A stretch of 64,000 nucleotides of DNA from Squalus acanthias (taxonomy: Eukaryota): positions 54,810,001 through 54,874,000 of the forward strand of contig CM059432.1 in the NCBI GenBank assembly GCA_030390025.1, given 5' to 3'. How positions within the stretch are numbered: position 1 is the first letter of the stretch; every line of letters begins with the position of its first letter. A program made the translations under genes and the position numbers. Below are positions 46,684 through 59,837 of this stretch, piece after piece. The notes under the pieces were generated by a model. That model worked only from the letters and a program-made list of their open reading frames with translations, was not told the origin of the DNA and did not search any database.

Positions 46684-47988
46684 GGCCCTGAATTTGCGGT
46701 CGGTATAAGAACATAAGAATTAGCAGCAGGAGTAGGCCATACGGCCCCTCAAGTCTGCTCCGCCATTCAATAAGATCATGGCTGATCATCGACTTCAACT
46801 CCACTTTCCTGTCTGATCTCCACATCCCTTGATTCCCCTAGAGTCCAAAAATCTATCTATCTCAGCCTTGGATATATTCAAAGACTCAGCATTCACAGCC
46901 CTCTAGGGCAGAGAATTCCAAAGATTCACAACCCTCTGAGTGAAGAAATTCCTCTTCATCTCAGTCTTAAATGGCCGACCCCTTATCCTGAGACTATGCC
47001 CCCTAGTTCTAGACACTCCTGCCAGGGGAAACAGCCAGGGGAAACAACCTCTCAGCATCTACCCTGTCAATCCCCTTCAGAATCTTGTATGTTTCAATGA
47101 GATCACCTCTCATTCTTCTAAACTCCAGAGAGTAGAGACCCATTCTACACAATCTCTCATCATAGGACAGCCCTCTCATCCCAGGAATCAATCTAGTGAA
47201 CCTTCGTTGCACCGCCTCCAAGGCAAGTATATCCTTCCTTAGATAAGGAGACCAAAACTGTGCACAGTATGATGGCGAACTTCAGAGTATGCCATCATAC
47301 CGCCTTTGAAACTGACTGCAACTTTGTGATTTGGTGCAAGCCCATGCGGAATCCCGAAATTGCAGTCTGTTAATGACAGCTGCGAAACTGGCTGTGCAGC
47401 CACAGAGTCGGCAATCAGTGAAATCTCATAAATCATTGAAACTGACAAATTTTGGCTCTTCCACTGTAATTACTCTGTTAAATTCCCCACTGAAAGTTAG
47501 ACCCAAAGGGATTAGGTGTAACTGGGGTTTTAACAGCGTATTGACTGCTAAACAAATGTTAAGGGCCTGGAAAACTAATTTTAATTTTGTGCAGTGTGAA
47601 ATTTGTCCATTTTAATAAAAATTAAAATTTTTAAGAAACTTTTCCAAAAAATATATATTTTTAAGTTTGTGCACCTTTATTTAAGGTTTTCTTTTCCCCA
47701 TGTGAGAACCCCAATCTTTCTTTTGCTCTCTAACTATTTTAAAAGTTAGAATTTTAAGAATTTACTCACTTCCTTGTTTGCTGTCTGTGAGAATTCTGCC
47801 TTTTGATTGGCTGTTTAGACAGCCTGTTGACATCACAGCAGTTCGAACAAGGGGATCCCCATTGAATTGAATTCAAGGTTGGAAAACCCAAAGTTCTCGA
47901 CGCAGGGATTGCGAGATCCTTGTGCGGAGCATACTTCAGGGCCAGCAGCGAACGCCTTTGCTTCGCTGCTGACCGCAAATTCAGGGCC
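46684..47988 (+). mobile_element. Non-autonomous TIR element (GGCCC family) with nested CR1 fragment
   Basis: Perfect 18-bp TIR GGCCCTGAATTTGCGGTC; 3-bp TSD CTT at 46681-46683 and 47989-47991. Confidence 0.88.
46705..47268 (-). mobile_element. CR1 LINE 3' fragment nested in MITE
   Basis: EAVQRRFTRLIPGMRGLSYDERL; tail (ttcttatg)n. Confidence 0.88.
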
Positions 47989-49490
47989 CTTGTGATTCCT
48001 GAAAATGGAAAAAATGATTAAAGCCCATCGGAATGGATTGAGTTTTTAGTTTTGATTTCCTTTTATCAGGATAATTCCTTAAAGAGGATTCACTGTTTCT
48101 GAATATTAGTTTCTCGGGTGGTCAGATATTTTGGTGCTGACCATATGCTTTGGGGAGATCAACTGCAGCTTTTGTCAGCAGATGTCACCGAGCCAGCTGC
48201 TGCAGGCTGAACTCATGGAAAACTGGAAACTTACTGTAGGGCGTTTTTGTTTTAAGTTAATGATTAACAGACTGCTGGTGTTCGTATGTCAATGTCATTC
48301 TGCTCTCTCAAAGGAGGGGGAGGATTCCTCTTCAGATAGCAGGAGCTAGATCCTAACTTCTGATCATTTTTTTTAAATTATTTAATTTCCAAAAACAGTT
48401 AGTGACTGCCATCTGGTAATTGGGAAAATCTGCTTTTGAAACTTGGTTTCTGTGTAGGCTGATTTTAAAAATCTGATTCGGTGCTGGGAACTAAATATTT
48501 AAGAAGCGTTCTTCAATAGATGGGGGAGTTTAGAGATTTTTATTAAGTCGTCAATGTGAGAGTCTATTTTGTATCTTTTTGTAAGTGCTAATCTCTGTTC
48601 AATACTGTCGTATGTAACCAATCTGCCCACTGTGTTAGCTTTTGTAAGTCCAAGGTGTCCAACATTTTAGAACAGGGGGCTGGATACACATACCACAGCC
48701 AGTGACAGGCTGCTTATGATTAAAATACTTTGGGGTCAGGGAGAATCTGATCAAACATCATGTCCAATGCCATCACCTGATTTTCAAATAAACCATTTAC
48801 ACATATATGGAGAAGTGGTTTCACACTAACAATTTTTGCATGCAAACCCTCCACCGCCGTGCAAAAATGTAAGCCCCCCCAGCCCGCCATACACACAAAC
48901 CAGAAAATCCTGTGTACAGTGCAAACCCTGCTATACTCACCAAACCAAAATCCCTATGCACAAAAATGTAAACCTTCCTGCAAAAATTGGTTGGCTACGT
49001 ATACTCCCAGCTGGCTTTTGCTCCTTGTTTCCTTGGCCTGATCTGATCCACCATCTGCTGTCCCCTCACCATTGCTCACTCTCGCTATGATGTCCATCAC
49101 TGCTGCTTATTTGGAGTCCGCCTGTGCCTGCCATTGCTGCCCAAAGTTTGAAAACTTGGAAAGTTGAGCCTCGGCGCTTCAAACTTCAGGCCTGGTGGTC
49201 TGGTAAAGAGTTCCTTTTGTTGTCTGATATTTATATACTGTATGTTTCATAATAATGTATTCTTTTACCCAAACCAATTACTCTCATCTTTTCAAGGTTG
49301 TATTCCTTTATTGTAACTGCTGTGTGAACAGGGAAGTGCTTTGTTTGTATCCCCAGGGAGATTTTTCCTTACTATAAGTTTGTTGTATTTATGTGCTCTG
49401 TTTTTGTCTATACACTTTGTTTTTAAAGGCAGTCTGTATATTGGTTTTATAGTGTACACTAATAGGTTTCTCTTGTTTGCAGCTTCAATC

Positions 49491-49755
49491 ATGGGTTGCA
49501 TAAAGAGCAAGGAGGACAAAGAGCCAGCTATGAAGTACAGACCAGGTGACACTACCGGAACTGTTGGTGCACATATTACTCAGTATGGTCCTGATCCCAC
49601 CCAACTGACACAGTCACCAGCACCAAAGGGACCATCGGGTAATTTCAACAAACATTCCATTACACCATTTGGTGGGTCAGCTGGTATGGCACCATTTGGA
49701 GGTGCTTCTTCGTCGTTTACGATTGTACCCAGCCAGTACACAAGTGGTGTTACAG
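49491..49755 (+). CDS. YES1: First coding exon of Src-family tyrosine kinase Yes (SH4 + unique domain); exon spans 49483-49755
   Basis: MGCIKSKEDKEPAMKYRP...TQYGPDPT...TPFGGSAGMAPFGGASSSF...SGVT-G; Gly2 myristoylation and Cys3 palmitoylation motif; acceptor ttgtttgcag ending 49482 (8 nt UTR); phase-1 donor CAG|GTGAGT. Confidence 0.93.
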
Positions 49756-50619
49756 GTGAGTAGTAACATCAACTTTTGCGTAAATGATCTGCCTTTCTAC
49801 CTTGTCATTCTACAACTTGCAAACAGACTGGCATGCTACAGATGGACTTGGCATTGCAAAAAATGATTTAAAAGCTAGTGAGATTTCTTCAAACTGTTAA
49901 TGTCTTTTAAAGTTGCACGTGTACTACTTTTGGGACGTAGCCAGTAATACTTGCATGGTCAGATGATAGCGCTTGCATTGTTGGAAAAATAACCTTGCAT
50001 CACTGAATAATGAGATCTTGAAAGGGTAACAAAGCAACAATATTTTGAGAACAGTAATGATGAATTAGTTGGGGAGTTAGGACGATTTCCTTGGATAATC
50101 AAACCATAAGTAATTGCGTGCTGCTTGTGAAAATGTATATTTTGCCCTAGAGTTGCACCCTGTGCTCGTTAGAGTAGCATGAAAGCAAGTGTTCAACTGC
50201 TAAAATTCCTTTGGAAGGGATTTTATCCTTACGAGGTGATAGAACCCAGAGCCACATAATTACCCAGCAGAATTTTATTTAAAAAAATCTATAATAGCCC
50301 CAATCTCATTAAGTCTTCCACATTTAGGCACCGCATCACCCACTCATAAAATGAGCAAAGATGTTATTGAATTAAGCCTCCCATCTTAGGCTTGTACACC
50401 CTAACCAGAAACATTATAGCTGCATGTATAAATGTGATTAAAATATTGATTATCCTCTAAGCTTGTTACAATCAGAACATATTTTTCAGGCACAATGGCA
50501 AAGTGGCAGCTGAGCAAAACCTCGGCTCTAACCATATGGCAACTTACACAAGTAAGTTTGTGTTGGTGTGCCATCCGTTGAGTAAATTCACCAGTGTAAA
50601 TCCCCTCATTCCAGTGTCC

Positions 50620-51045
50620 TATATTGTGGGTTCAAGTCCCACTCCAGCAACCTGAACACAAAAATCTAGGCTGACACTCCAGTGCAGTGCTGAGGGAGTG
50701 CTGCACTGTCGGAGGTGCCGTCTTTCTGATGAGATGTTAAACCGAGGCCCCGTCTGCTCCCTAAGGTGGATGTAAAAGATCCCATGGTACTATTTTGAAG
50801 AAGAATAGGCGAGTTATCCCTGGTGTCCTGGCCAATATTTATCCATCAATCAACATCACTAAAACAGTGATCTGGTCATTATCACATTGCTGTTTGAGGG
50901 AGCTTGCTGTGTGCAAATTGGCTGCCAAGTTTCCTACATTATAACAGTGACTACACTTCAAAAAAAAAGTACTTCATTGGCTGTAAAGTGCTTTGGGACG
51001 TCTGGTGGTCATGAAAGGTGCTATATAAATGTAAGTCTTTTTTTT
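50620..51045 (+). mobile_element. Deu-domain tRNA SINE
   Basis: B-box gggttcaagtccc, Deu core, L2-like tail. Confidence 0.8.
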
Positions 51046-52539
51046 CATAAAACAAAAGAACTGCTGCAGACTTTGACATTCTTTCCTTCATTTTTTTTCG
51101 GTTTCTTTTTCTTCCACTCTGGCATTCTCCCATCTCTCACCCATGCCAAAAACTATTTCCCAAAATGGGCATGCACCATGTTCCCAGACCACTACGAACA
51201 TGCTCTCAAATTAGCCATTAAGTATTTGAGAATGTCCTAGTTTGATTTACCTTTGTAATTTTTCCTCTGCTTAGCAATTCTGGATGACATCAGGAACCTT
51301 CCATATAGAAGTACTCTTTATTTTATTTGTTCTCTGAATGTGGGTGATCCCTAGTTGCACTGAGAAGTGGGGCCACTTTCGACGGCATTTAGAGTCAGCC
51401 ACATATTGTGGGACTGGAGTCACATGTAGGTCTGACTAGGTAGGAGTGACAGTTTCCCTTCCCTGAAAGACATTAGTGAACCTTTGATTTTAAAATGTTT
51501 TTATAGTACTGCCAAAAAAAAATTGAGTTCAATATCACATCTTTCCATGGTGGGATTTGAACTCGTGACTTCTGGGTTGTTAGTCTGTGCTATAACCACT
51601 GGGCTGCCATACCCACATCTTACCACTGTATGGCAAAGTATGTCGTAGCATCAGTGTTAGATGACTGACCTTGGATCTTTAGATTCTAACCATCTGTGAT
51701 AATTTAGTGCTAACTTGTGATGAAATAGGCAGGTTAACCCATATTTGTTATACCAATATATTGTGAATAAGACTTGGAGCTGGGGAAATGTGTTTCTGTA
51801 TTATGTGACTATAGAACTGAGAGAGCTTCTGTTGTGCAGATTCTAACATCACCCCCTAGCCCAGCCCCCCAGCACAAATGTAGTGTAAATAGGGGTTGGG
51901 TTGATTGTGATGTTTTGCTCAACTGTGCTTCACCTTGCTGCACGTGAATCAAACTTTAACCGTTACCATTATGATTACACCACAGTTCCTCTGCTGCTGT
52001 GTGTACACTAAATTGACGCATTTTATTTGGATTGCTTCATTCTGTCTAGCTTGTTTTATAAATTTACATTACACTTCATTCAATTAACCTTAACAGAAAC
52101 TAGCACAATCAAAACTATTCACACTAATATCTCTTTCAATCACAGCCAGCTCCATTTTGGAGAAATGAGTTTTAGGTTTATATTGAATGAATAGTAAAGT
52201 TGGGAGACCTGGTTATGGTTGTTGGTGGCGGTTCAATTATATCATGATGACTCTTTGGGTGGGATGGGGGTCGTATATTTCTTTTACTGGTAGAAAATAG
52301 AATGGGGTCAGTCTTGGAGCCTTAAACGTTTGTACACGCGATTATGTTTCCCAAAATACAACAATTCTGGGCACCTATGGAGCTTTTTGGGCCTCATTGC
52401 TGCTGATTACATTTCCTACACAAAGCAACATCACCATCTTTTCTTGACGTCTTTAGAGACCTCAAAATAAGAAGTCATGTAAATTATGGCATTTATTCTT
52501 CAATTGTTCTTCCTCAACATTCAAGTAGGGGAAGAAAAA

Positions 52540-54648
52540 GCACCTCCCCTGTCTCCTCTACCCTCACCTCCAACAAGTGTGAGGAGAGCTCATGGATTTG
52601 TTTATTACTAAGATTGATCAGCTGCCTCTGCCGCTTCCATCCCTTCCCTTAGCCCAGTGGGCCAAACTTCCTCTAGGGTTCCCCCCGTGCCCTAGCCCTG
52701 AATTTGCATCTTTCTCTAGTTTCTCTCCTATCTCCCATCATGCCCTCTCTGAGCTCATCTTGTCCATGAAACCCACCTCCTGCTCCCTCGACCCTATTCC
52801 CACTAAACTGCTGACCACCCATCTTCAGCTTCCTGGCTCTCATCTTAGCTGATATCGTTAGCAGTTCTCTCTCCTCAGGTACTGTCCCCCTCTCCTACAA
52901 ATCTGCTGTCATCACCCCTCTCAAAAAACCAACCCATGACCCCTCCTTGCAAACTACTACATCCTCCCTTTCCTCTCCAAAGTCCTTGAACGTGCTGTCG
53001 CCTACCAAATCATGCCCATCTTTCCCACAACTCCATGTTTGAATCCCTCCAATCAGGTTTCCGCCCCACCACAGTACTGAAACAGCTCTCATTAGTCACA
53101 AATGACATCCTATGTGACTGTGACAAAGGTAAACTATCCCTCCTCGACTTGTCTGCAGCCTTTGACACAGATGAACACACCATCCTCCTCCAACGCCTCT
53201 CCACCGTCGTCCAGCTGGGTGGAACTGCACTCACCTGGTTCCATTCTTATCTATCTAATCATAGCCAGAGAATCACCTGCAATTACTTCTCTCCTGCTCC
53301 CGCACCGTTACCTCTGGTGTCCCCCAAGGATCTATCCTTGGCCCCTTCCTATTTCTCCTCTATATGCTGCCCCTCAGCAACATTATCCAAAAACACAGCA
53401 TCAGTTTCCACATGAACGCTGACGACACCCAGCTCTATATTTGCTACCACCTCTCTTAACACCCCCCCCCCCCCCCCCCCCACACTGTTTCTAAATTGTC
53501 AGACTGCTTGTCTGACATTCAGTACTGGATGAGCAGAAATTTCCTCCAACTAAATATTGGGAAGACCGAAGCCATTGTCTTTGGACCTTGCCACAAACTC
53601 AATTCCCTAGCCACCAACTCCATCCCTCTCCCTGGCAGCTGTCTGAGGCTGAACCAGACAGTTCGCAACCTTGGTGTTCTATTTGATCCCGAGATGAGCT
53701 TCCGACCACATATCCGAGCCATTACTAAGACCGCCTATTTCTACCTCCGTAACATCACTCGACTCTGCCCCGTCTCAGCTCATCTGTTTCTGAAACCCTC
53801 GTCCGTGCCTTTGTTACCGCTAGACTTGACTATTCCAATTCACTCCTGGCCAGCCTCCCTAGTTGTACCCTCTAAACTTGAGGTGATCCAAAACTCTGCT
53901 GCCCGTGTCCTAACTTGCACCAAGTCCCAGTCACCTATCACCCCTGTGCTCGCAGATCTACATTGGCTCCCGGTTAAGCAACGCCTTGATTTTAAAATTG
54001 TCATCCTTGTTTTCAAATCCCTCCACGGCTTCGCCCCTCCCTATCTCTGTAATCTTCTCCAGCCCTACAACCCTCCAAGATATCTGTGCTCCTCCAATTC
54101 TGGCCTCTTGCGCATCCATCCCCGACTTTAATCGCTCCACCATTGGCGGCCGTGCCTTCAGCTGCCAAGGCCCTAAGCTATGGAATTCTCTCTCACCTCC
54201 TTTAAGACGCTCCTTAAAACCTACCTCTTTGCCCAAGCTTTTGGTCATCTGCCCTAATATCTCCTTATGTGGTTCGGTGACAAATTTTGTTTGTCCAAAA
54301 ATGTGCGGGTTAGGTTGATTTGGCTATGATAAATTGACCCTTAGTGTTAGGGGGGGATTAAATATGTGGGGTTATGGGGATAGGATGGGATATGTTAGGG
54401 GGAATTAAATACGTGGGGTTACGGGGGTAGGGTGGGATATGTGTACTGTGGGGATTAAAGCAGGGACAGGGTACTGGATTTGGATGATCAGCCATGATCG
54501 TATTGAATGGTGGAACAGGCTCGACGGGCCGAATGGCCTACTCCTGCTCCTAGATTCTATGTTTCTATGTTTCTATGATAACACTCCTGTGAAGCGCCTT
54601 GGAACGTTTTACTACGTTAAAGGTGCTATATAAATACAAATTGTTCTT
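52540..54648 (+). mobile_element. L2 LINE RT/3' fragment with HE1-like SINE 3' part inserted at ~54292-54578
   Basis: LLDLSAAFDT, WMSRNFLQLNIGKTEAIVFG; insert gtccaaaaatgtgcgggttagg...aaattgacccttagtgt with CR1-type tail (tctatgtt)n. Confidence 0.85.
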
Positions 54649-57600
54649 TTAAGACATTTGTCCCATTCTACTGCCATTTTTGGCCAAGTGGTCTTCACCC
54701 CAACCACACCTTTAGTCCTTTTCTCCATTATTGACAATAGTCTTGTCTGTTGTGTGCTCATGTCACGAAAACATATTTGCCTCCCTTGATAGCTTATCTA
54801 GTTAAAGCAGTCAGTAGATGAGCCATAAAGAGAACAGCATTCCAGCTTTAATCCCTGGTCTGTGTTGAGTAGCTGATCCTAGCCACGGTGGTGGTAGGAG
54901 TACTACACTTGACCTCAAAGTCCCTACTTCTGATCGGTATCCGATAACATTTGCTGGATGTGCACATATAAGCGAGATCAGCTTTAGCTATGGTGTGCTC
55001 TTCCCCTTCTCTCTCTTCACTAGAAACCACCATAATTTCTTAAAGCTAGTTCTAGTAGTAACTTTAACAAATAAAATCTGACTTAAACATTTTTGGCAAA
55101 GTTTTGCTTTCCAAAAGGCATCAGTTATTTTCCTCAGTTAGTATTTCACTGCATTTCAGTATCAGCACTTCGGGTCTGCTTTAATTTAGTATAAATCAGC
55201 TCATTTTTGCCTTCCTGTCAGGTTTCAAAATTTGCATGGTTGTACAGTCACTGGGAATGATACAAAACAGGGTTTGCTGGGTCATTCTACTTGTGCAGCA
55301 GCCTTATCTTGAGGGATCATGCAGAGGGCTTTTAAAGGTATTTGTAAGGCCCCCCAATCAGAGATTTTATCCAGTGAATTTCTGAACCATACAGATTCAT
55401 AAGGTGCTAAGTCCAAGTATTGTTAGCTGACCCTGGTGTACGTAGGAGTAGCTAGCCAAAAAAAGACCACAGTCCATCTAGCTCACCTACCACCCTGATA
55501 GTAGCATGATGCAACACTAATGCAGTTCTTGACTAACCATGGTATTCAGCCTCTATCAGTTAATCTACAACAGGCCCATACATAACTGGGGGAAAAAACC
55601 CAGTGGTGGAAAGCTTTGGGAACCATAGGTCCAAAGTCACCTGTTCCTCCCAAATATGCTATACTTAACCATATGTCTTGTCTCAAATTACTCATATTAT
55701 TTCCCAAAATTATGTGAGAGCATAACCCAGGGGTGTGATCTGAACTGCATTTGGCATCGTTTGCACATATCCTCGTGTGTGCTTCCAAAAGTTCAGTATG
55801 CAAACGTAGAAATACTAGTGAGACAAGGCCTGATGCAAATAGTTAAGTTGTTTTATCTTGCAGCAAGTGAGTGTACAAAGTAATTGTTAAAGCAAATCCC
55901 ATTTTATTTACTCAGTCTCTGTTCTCTTCTCAGAAAAAATATAATAAACTGCGCACCCTGTCTTTTTCATGTGCTAACTGACTTGTTTTTGATATTACTT
56001 TCCTTTCTATACAACTGCTAACTGCAAAAACTTACCTTTATTTTAGCTTACAGCTCTGGGCACAGAGCTGCACCTCGCAATCTCCCATTTTAAAACCTCA
56101 CTGCCTGTCCATTTGTCTCTTTTTCTCCTATATTCTTGAGTATTCACAGGAAGTGGAAGGGTGGGGCCTCCGACTCCTTCCCTGTTCAGATATTCGTCAG
56201 TAGGCTTGTCAACCAAACAGACTACCTCCTCTACCAAGAGTGTATTCTCAGCAGACATCCTGGGTTCACATGAATGGAATTATCCCTACTGTAACAGGTG
56301 TGTTTTTGTTAGGCCATCGGAAACAATGAATTGCTTAATGTTCCCAATAATAAGGATATTTGGCTCACTAATACATAAAACCTTGCTGTCTCTGTTGCAG
56401 CCTGTTTTTTCTTTATAAACCTCTGCGAATTATCTTTTTTTTAAAACACATGTTAATGTAACTCATTCCCAAATTGTCTGAGGGAAACAAAATTATCAAA
56501 AATCTCAAAATATGATAAGCCACTAAAATTGGCCTCAGTATCCCTGGGCCACAGGGGAACATCATTATGGTTCCTCTTTCTAATCACTATCCTGCGTCCT
56601 GTGCTGGAAGCGCATTTGTGGTTGTTGGGTGAAGGATTAGACTCTTGTATGCCCCCAGCACACCGCTAAATAGGCTGTTAACACTCACTGTTGAAGTTCA
56701 CATGAATAATGACCACTTGGATCTGCAATCAAACTCTCTTGCTAAACCAACGTGCAGCTTTTGTCCTTCCAAAGCCTGCTTGAAGCCTAAATGACTGCCT
56801 TCGTCATCTTCCCTAAAATCCAATGCTCAGCACTTTTTTCACCACGGAATATTTATTACATTCAAGGCACTATAGCAATGCAATTTGCCGATTGGCTTGG
56901 TTCCTATGGGGCCATACTCCAGCCTTCAAGAAAGGAGAGAAGGGAGAAAATTGGAAAGAAAAAAAAAAATCTGTAAAGCAGCTATCTGGAACAACTTGCA
57001 TACTTTCACTCAGGATTACCATGATCTGACAGTTCAGGGCAACAAGCTCTTCAGCCCCACCGTGTTCAATGTCGGCTGGAAATAATGGGTCTTCATGCTT
57101 CCACTGCCACTTTCTATACTGTTTCGTTTTACTTCCAGTTGTTATAAAAAGGTTAAAGGAATGTGGAAGAATGTTGGATTAACTACTGTTGGTATGATCT
57201 TCATTCTTTAAAAGGTTTAGCCTCCACATACAAAGATACTTGTCTCCCTCTCCCAGTTTATCCTTTATTTTACACCCCAATTTAAATTCTCTCTTCTAGA
57301 GTTAAAGAATAAAGAATGCAGTTCAGAATTAAGCCTTGTATACAGCAGAGTGGGAAAAATCACCTGATCAAAATAGCAGCCCAATGGTGCAAACTTTAAA
57401 AAGGACAGTGCCCTTGTGCAATTTTCCCCTTATGGAATAACAGACATTTTTTGGTTGTTTCTAAAGGTTGCTATTTTTTCCAAGGAATGAGGAAGACCAT
57501 CTTTACAGCATGTGATGGATACTCTAAGATTTGGAATGTTAGAGTTCCTTTGTTTAAAACACTTTATTCTGCTGATAGACTTACCAGAATCCCTTGTGTA

Positions 57601-58229
57601 ACTATTAGTTGAAATTTAAATATACCCAGTATTTAAACTTCAAAGCAAGTTCAGAATATATGATAAGGATGTGTGACTTTTTGATCTATGGAATTTAATG
57701 GAAACACTGAACAAGAAGGCATCTTGTATCTGGGTTCTTAACCATGTTGCTAGTTCTCCTAAAGAGAAATTTGGCTCACTCTCCTCTCCGATTCTAACTT
57801 CAATGATCTCAGTAGAAAAAAACCTCTCGGCATTGCTCCATTTTATTTTACCATTATGACCGACATCAAATTTTATCTCTGGTCGTTTGGATAGTACATT
57901 CTGTGATCTTGACTGTATCCACCCCAACATCCTCAAGCTGTGTGCCTCTTTACCTTCTCCTTGAAAATTTGGTCAAATTCAGCCTACTCATAAGAGATGA
58001 TCTGTCTCTACCTTCAAACTACGCTATTGCTCTTATATCAGTATTCTAAAGTTATGGAAGCTGCTTTGAACTCTCGAATTATCCATCATCTTGAAAGCTC
58101 TGGTGTAATCTTTATCAGAGCCATACTAGTTATCAGTTTCCTCAAGGGAGCACATGGGATTCACTGGGGAAATTGCAAATCCCTTCTGGGGTCTTTCAAA
58201 ACTTATTGGAATGAAATAACATCCTAATG

Positions 58230-59580
58230 GATTAGAAAGTAGCATCATCTTGAAAAGAGGCAAGGGATGTATCTTCAGATTACAGACCTGTAAATCTTGC
58301 CTCGATTGTGGGAAAAGTATTCAAGACTTTAAGGTGTAGCAAAAGAGATCATACGGAAGTCCAAGGCTTAGAGAAAGCTAGGATGGGTTCAGATGGGGTA
58401 AGTCACGTCTGACCTTTTACTGGAGTCCTTTTGAGGTGGTTACTTATCTGGTGGACAAGAATCAAGCCGTGGATGCTACCAACCTAGATTTCATGAAGGT
58501 ATTTGGCATTGTCACATATAATACGACTGATTCACAATGTATTCCCATGGGAGGGATGGCAAAGTATCAGGCTAGATTCACGTATGGCTGAAAGATAGAC
58601 AAAGACTGCTGGTGCATGGGGAGGTGTCAGAGCAGAAACGGTCACCAGTGGAGTACCACAGGTGTCAGTGTTGGGGCTGCTGCTGTTGATGATTTTTATA
58701 AATGACTTCAAAGGCAAAATGCTGTTTGTTGTGTCTCAAGGTTGCATATGACACCAAATTGGGTGTAGTGGCCAATGAAGCCAATGTGCAATCATTCAAA
58801 GGGATGTAGACAGGCTAGGTCAATGGGCAAGAAGCTGGCAGATCGAGATCAACACAGATGAGTGTAAAGTCAGACATTAGGCAGAAGGCGCAAGACTTTG
58901 GAATAGAGCTGATGTGTGGTTGAGGTAACAGCAAGAAAGATATTTAGGAGTTTTGGTAGATAAGTCATTCAAACCATCAGTTCAGTGTTTGCAAGTGGTG
59001 AAGAAAGCAAATAAAATGTTGGGATTTATAGCTAAGTTTGTAACTTTTAAGTCAAAGAAGTTAATTTTGAAGATGTATCTGACTTTAGTGAGGCTGCCCC
59101 GGAGAACTCTGTTCAGTTTTGGTCTCAAAATTTCTGGAAAGTCGCAGAATTATTGGAAGGAGTCCAGAGCAGGGCTTTGAGGCTGATTCGTGAACTTAGA
59201 GGGCTGAGTTATAAGGAAAGATTATCTACTGTGGGACTTTACTCTATGGGAAAGAAGATATGGGCTGACTTGATAGAGGTCTTTAACATTTTTACAAGTA
59301 CAGAAAATTTGGATACAGTCAGGCACAGGGTTTGAGGAATAGGGAACATAGTTTAATATAAACAATATTAAAATAGAAAATTTAGGCAACAGTTTTTTTC
59401 CAGAAGAGGGTGATAGAATTGTGGAATAGGTTGCCAGCCAGGTTGATGGAGTAGAAAACCATGGCAGTTTATTTTTAAAAAGGATTAAATTAATCACGAT
59501 TAGGAAAGATGATACAGAGCTTTATGTTCCAGAATCATAGTAAACAAACTGGGAGGATAGGCTAGCTGGGCCAATGGTCT
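58230..59580 (+). mobile_element. Old, diverged CR1 LINE RT region
   Basis: YRPVNL-like ttacagacctgtaaatctt; SGVPQVSVLG; VKKANKMLGFI; LRGLSYKERL. Confidence 0.75.
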
Positions 59581-59837
59581 TCTGTATGTGTATTTGCAGC
59601 TTGTCTGTTCCAATAGTGACTTTTTTGCCTGTTCTCTGCTCTTGAGAATCATCTGCCATCACCTTGGACAAGATCTGTTGCCATTTGTAAATGAATTATC
59701 ATATGACTTCTTGTCAAAGCTATGTTTATGACTATCTTGTTTCCCCTCAAATTGCTGTACAGGGCAGTAGTTCATGGCTCATCCTCTTGCCTTTTTTTCC
59801 CCCCATTAACTCAGAGATTCCCCAAGACTCATGTCTT

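Noticed and set aside
49341..49490. Hydrophobic N-terminal extension of the YES1 ORF (apparent signal/TM segment)
   Set aside because: T-rich intron and polypyrimidine tract before the acceptor at 49482; myristoylation requires Met1-Gly2 at 49491
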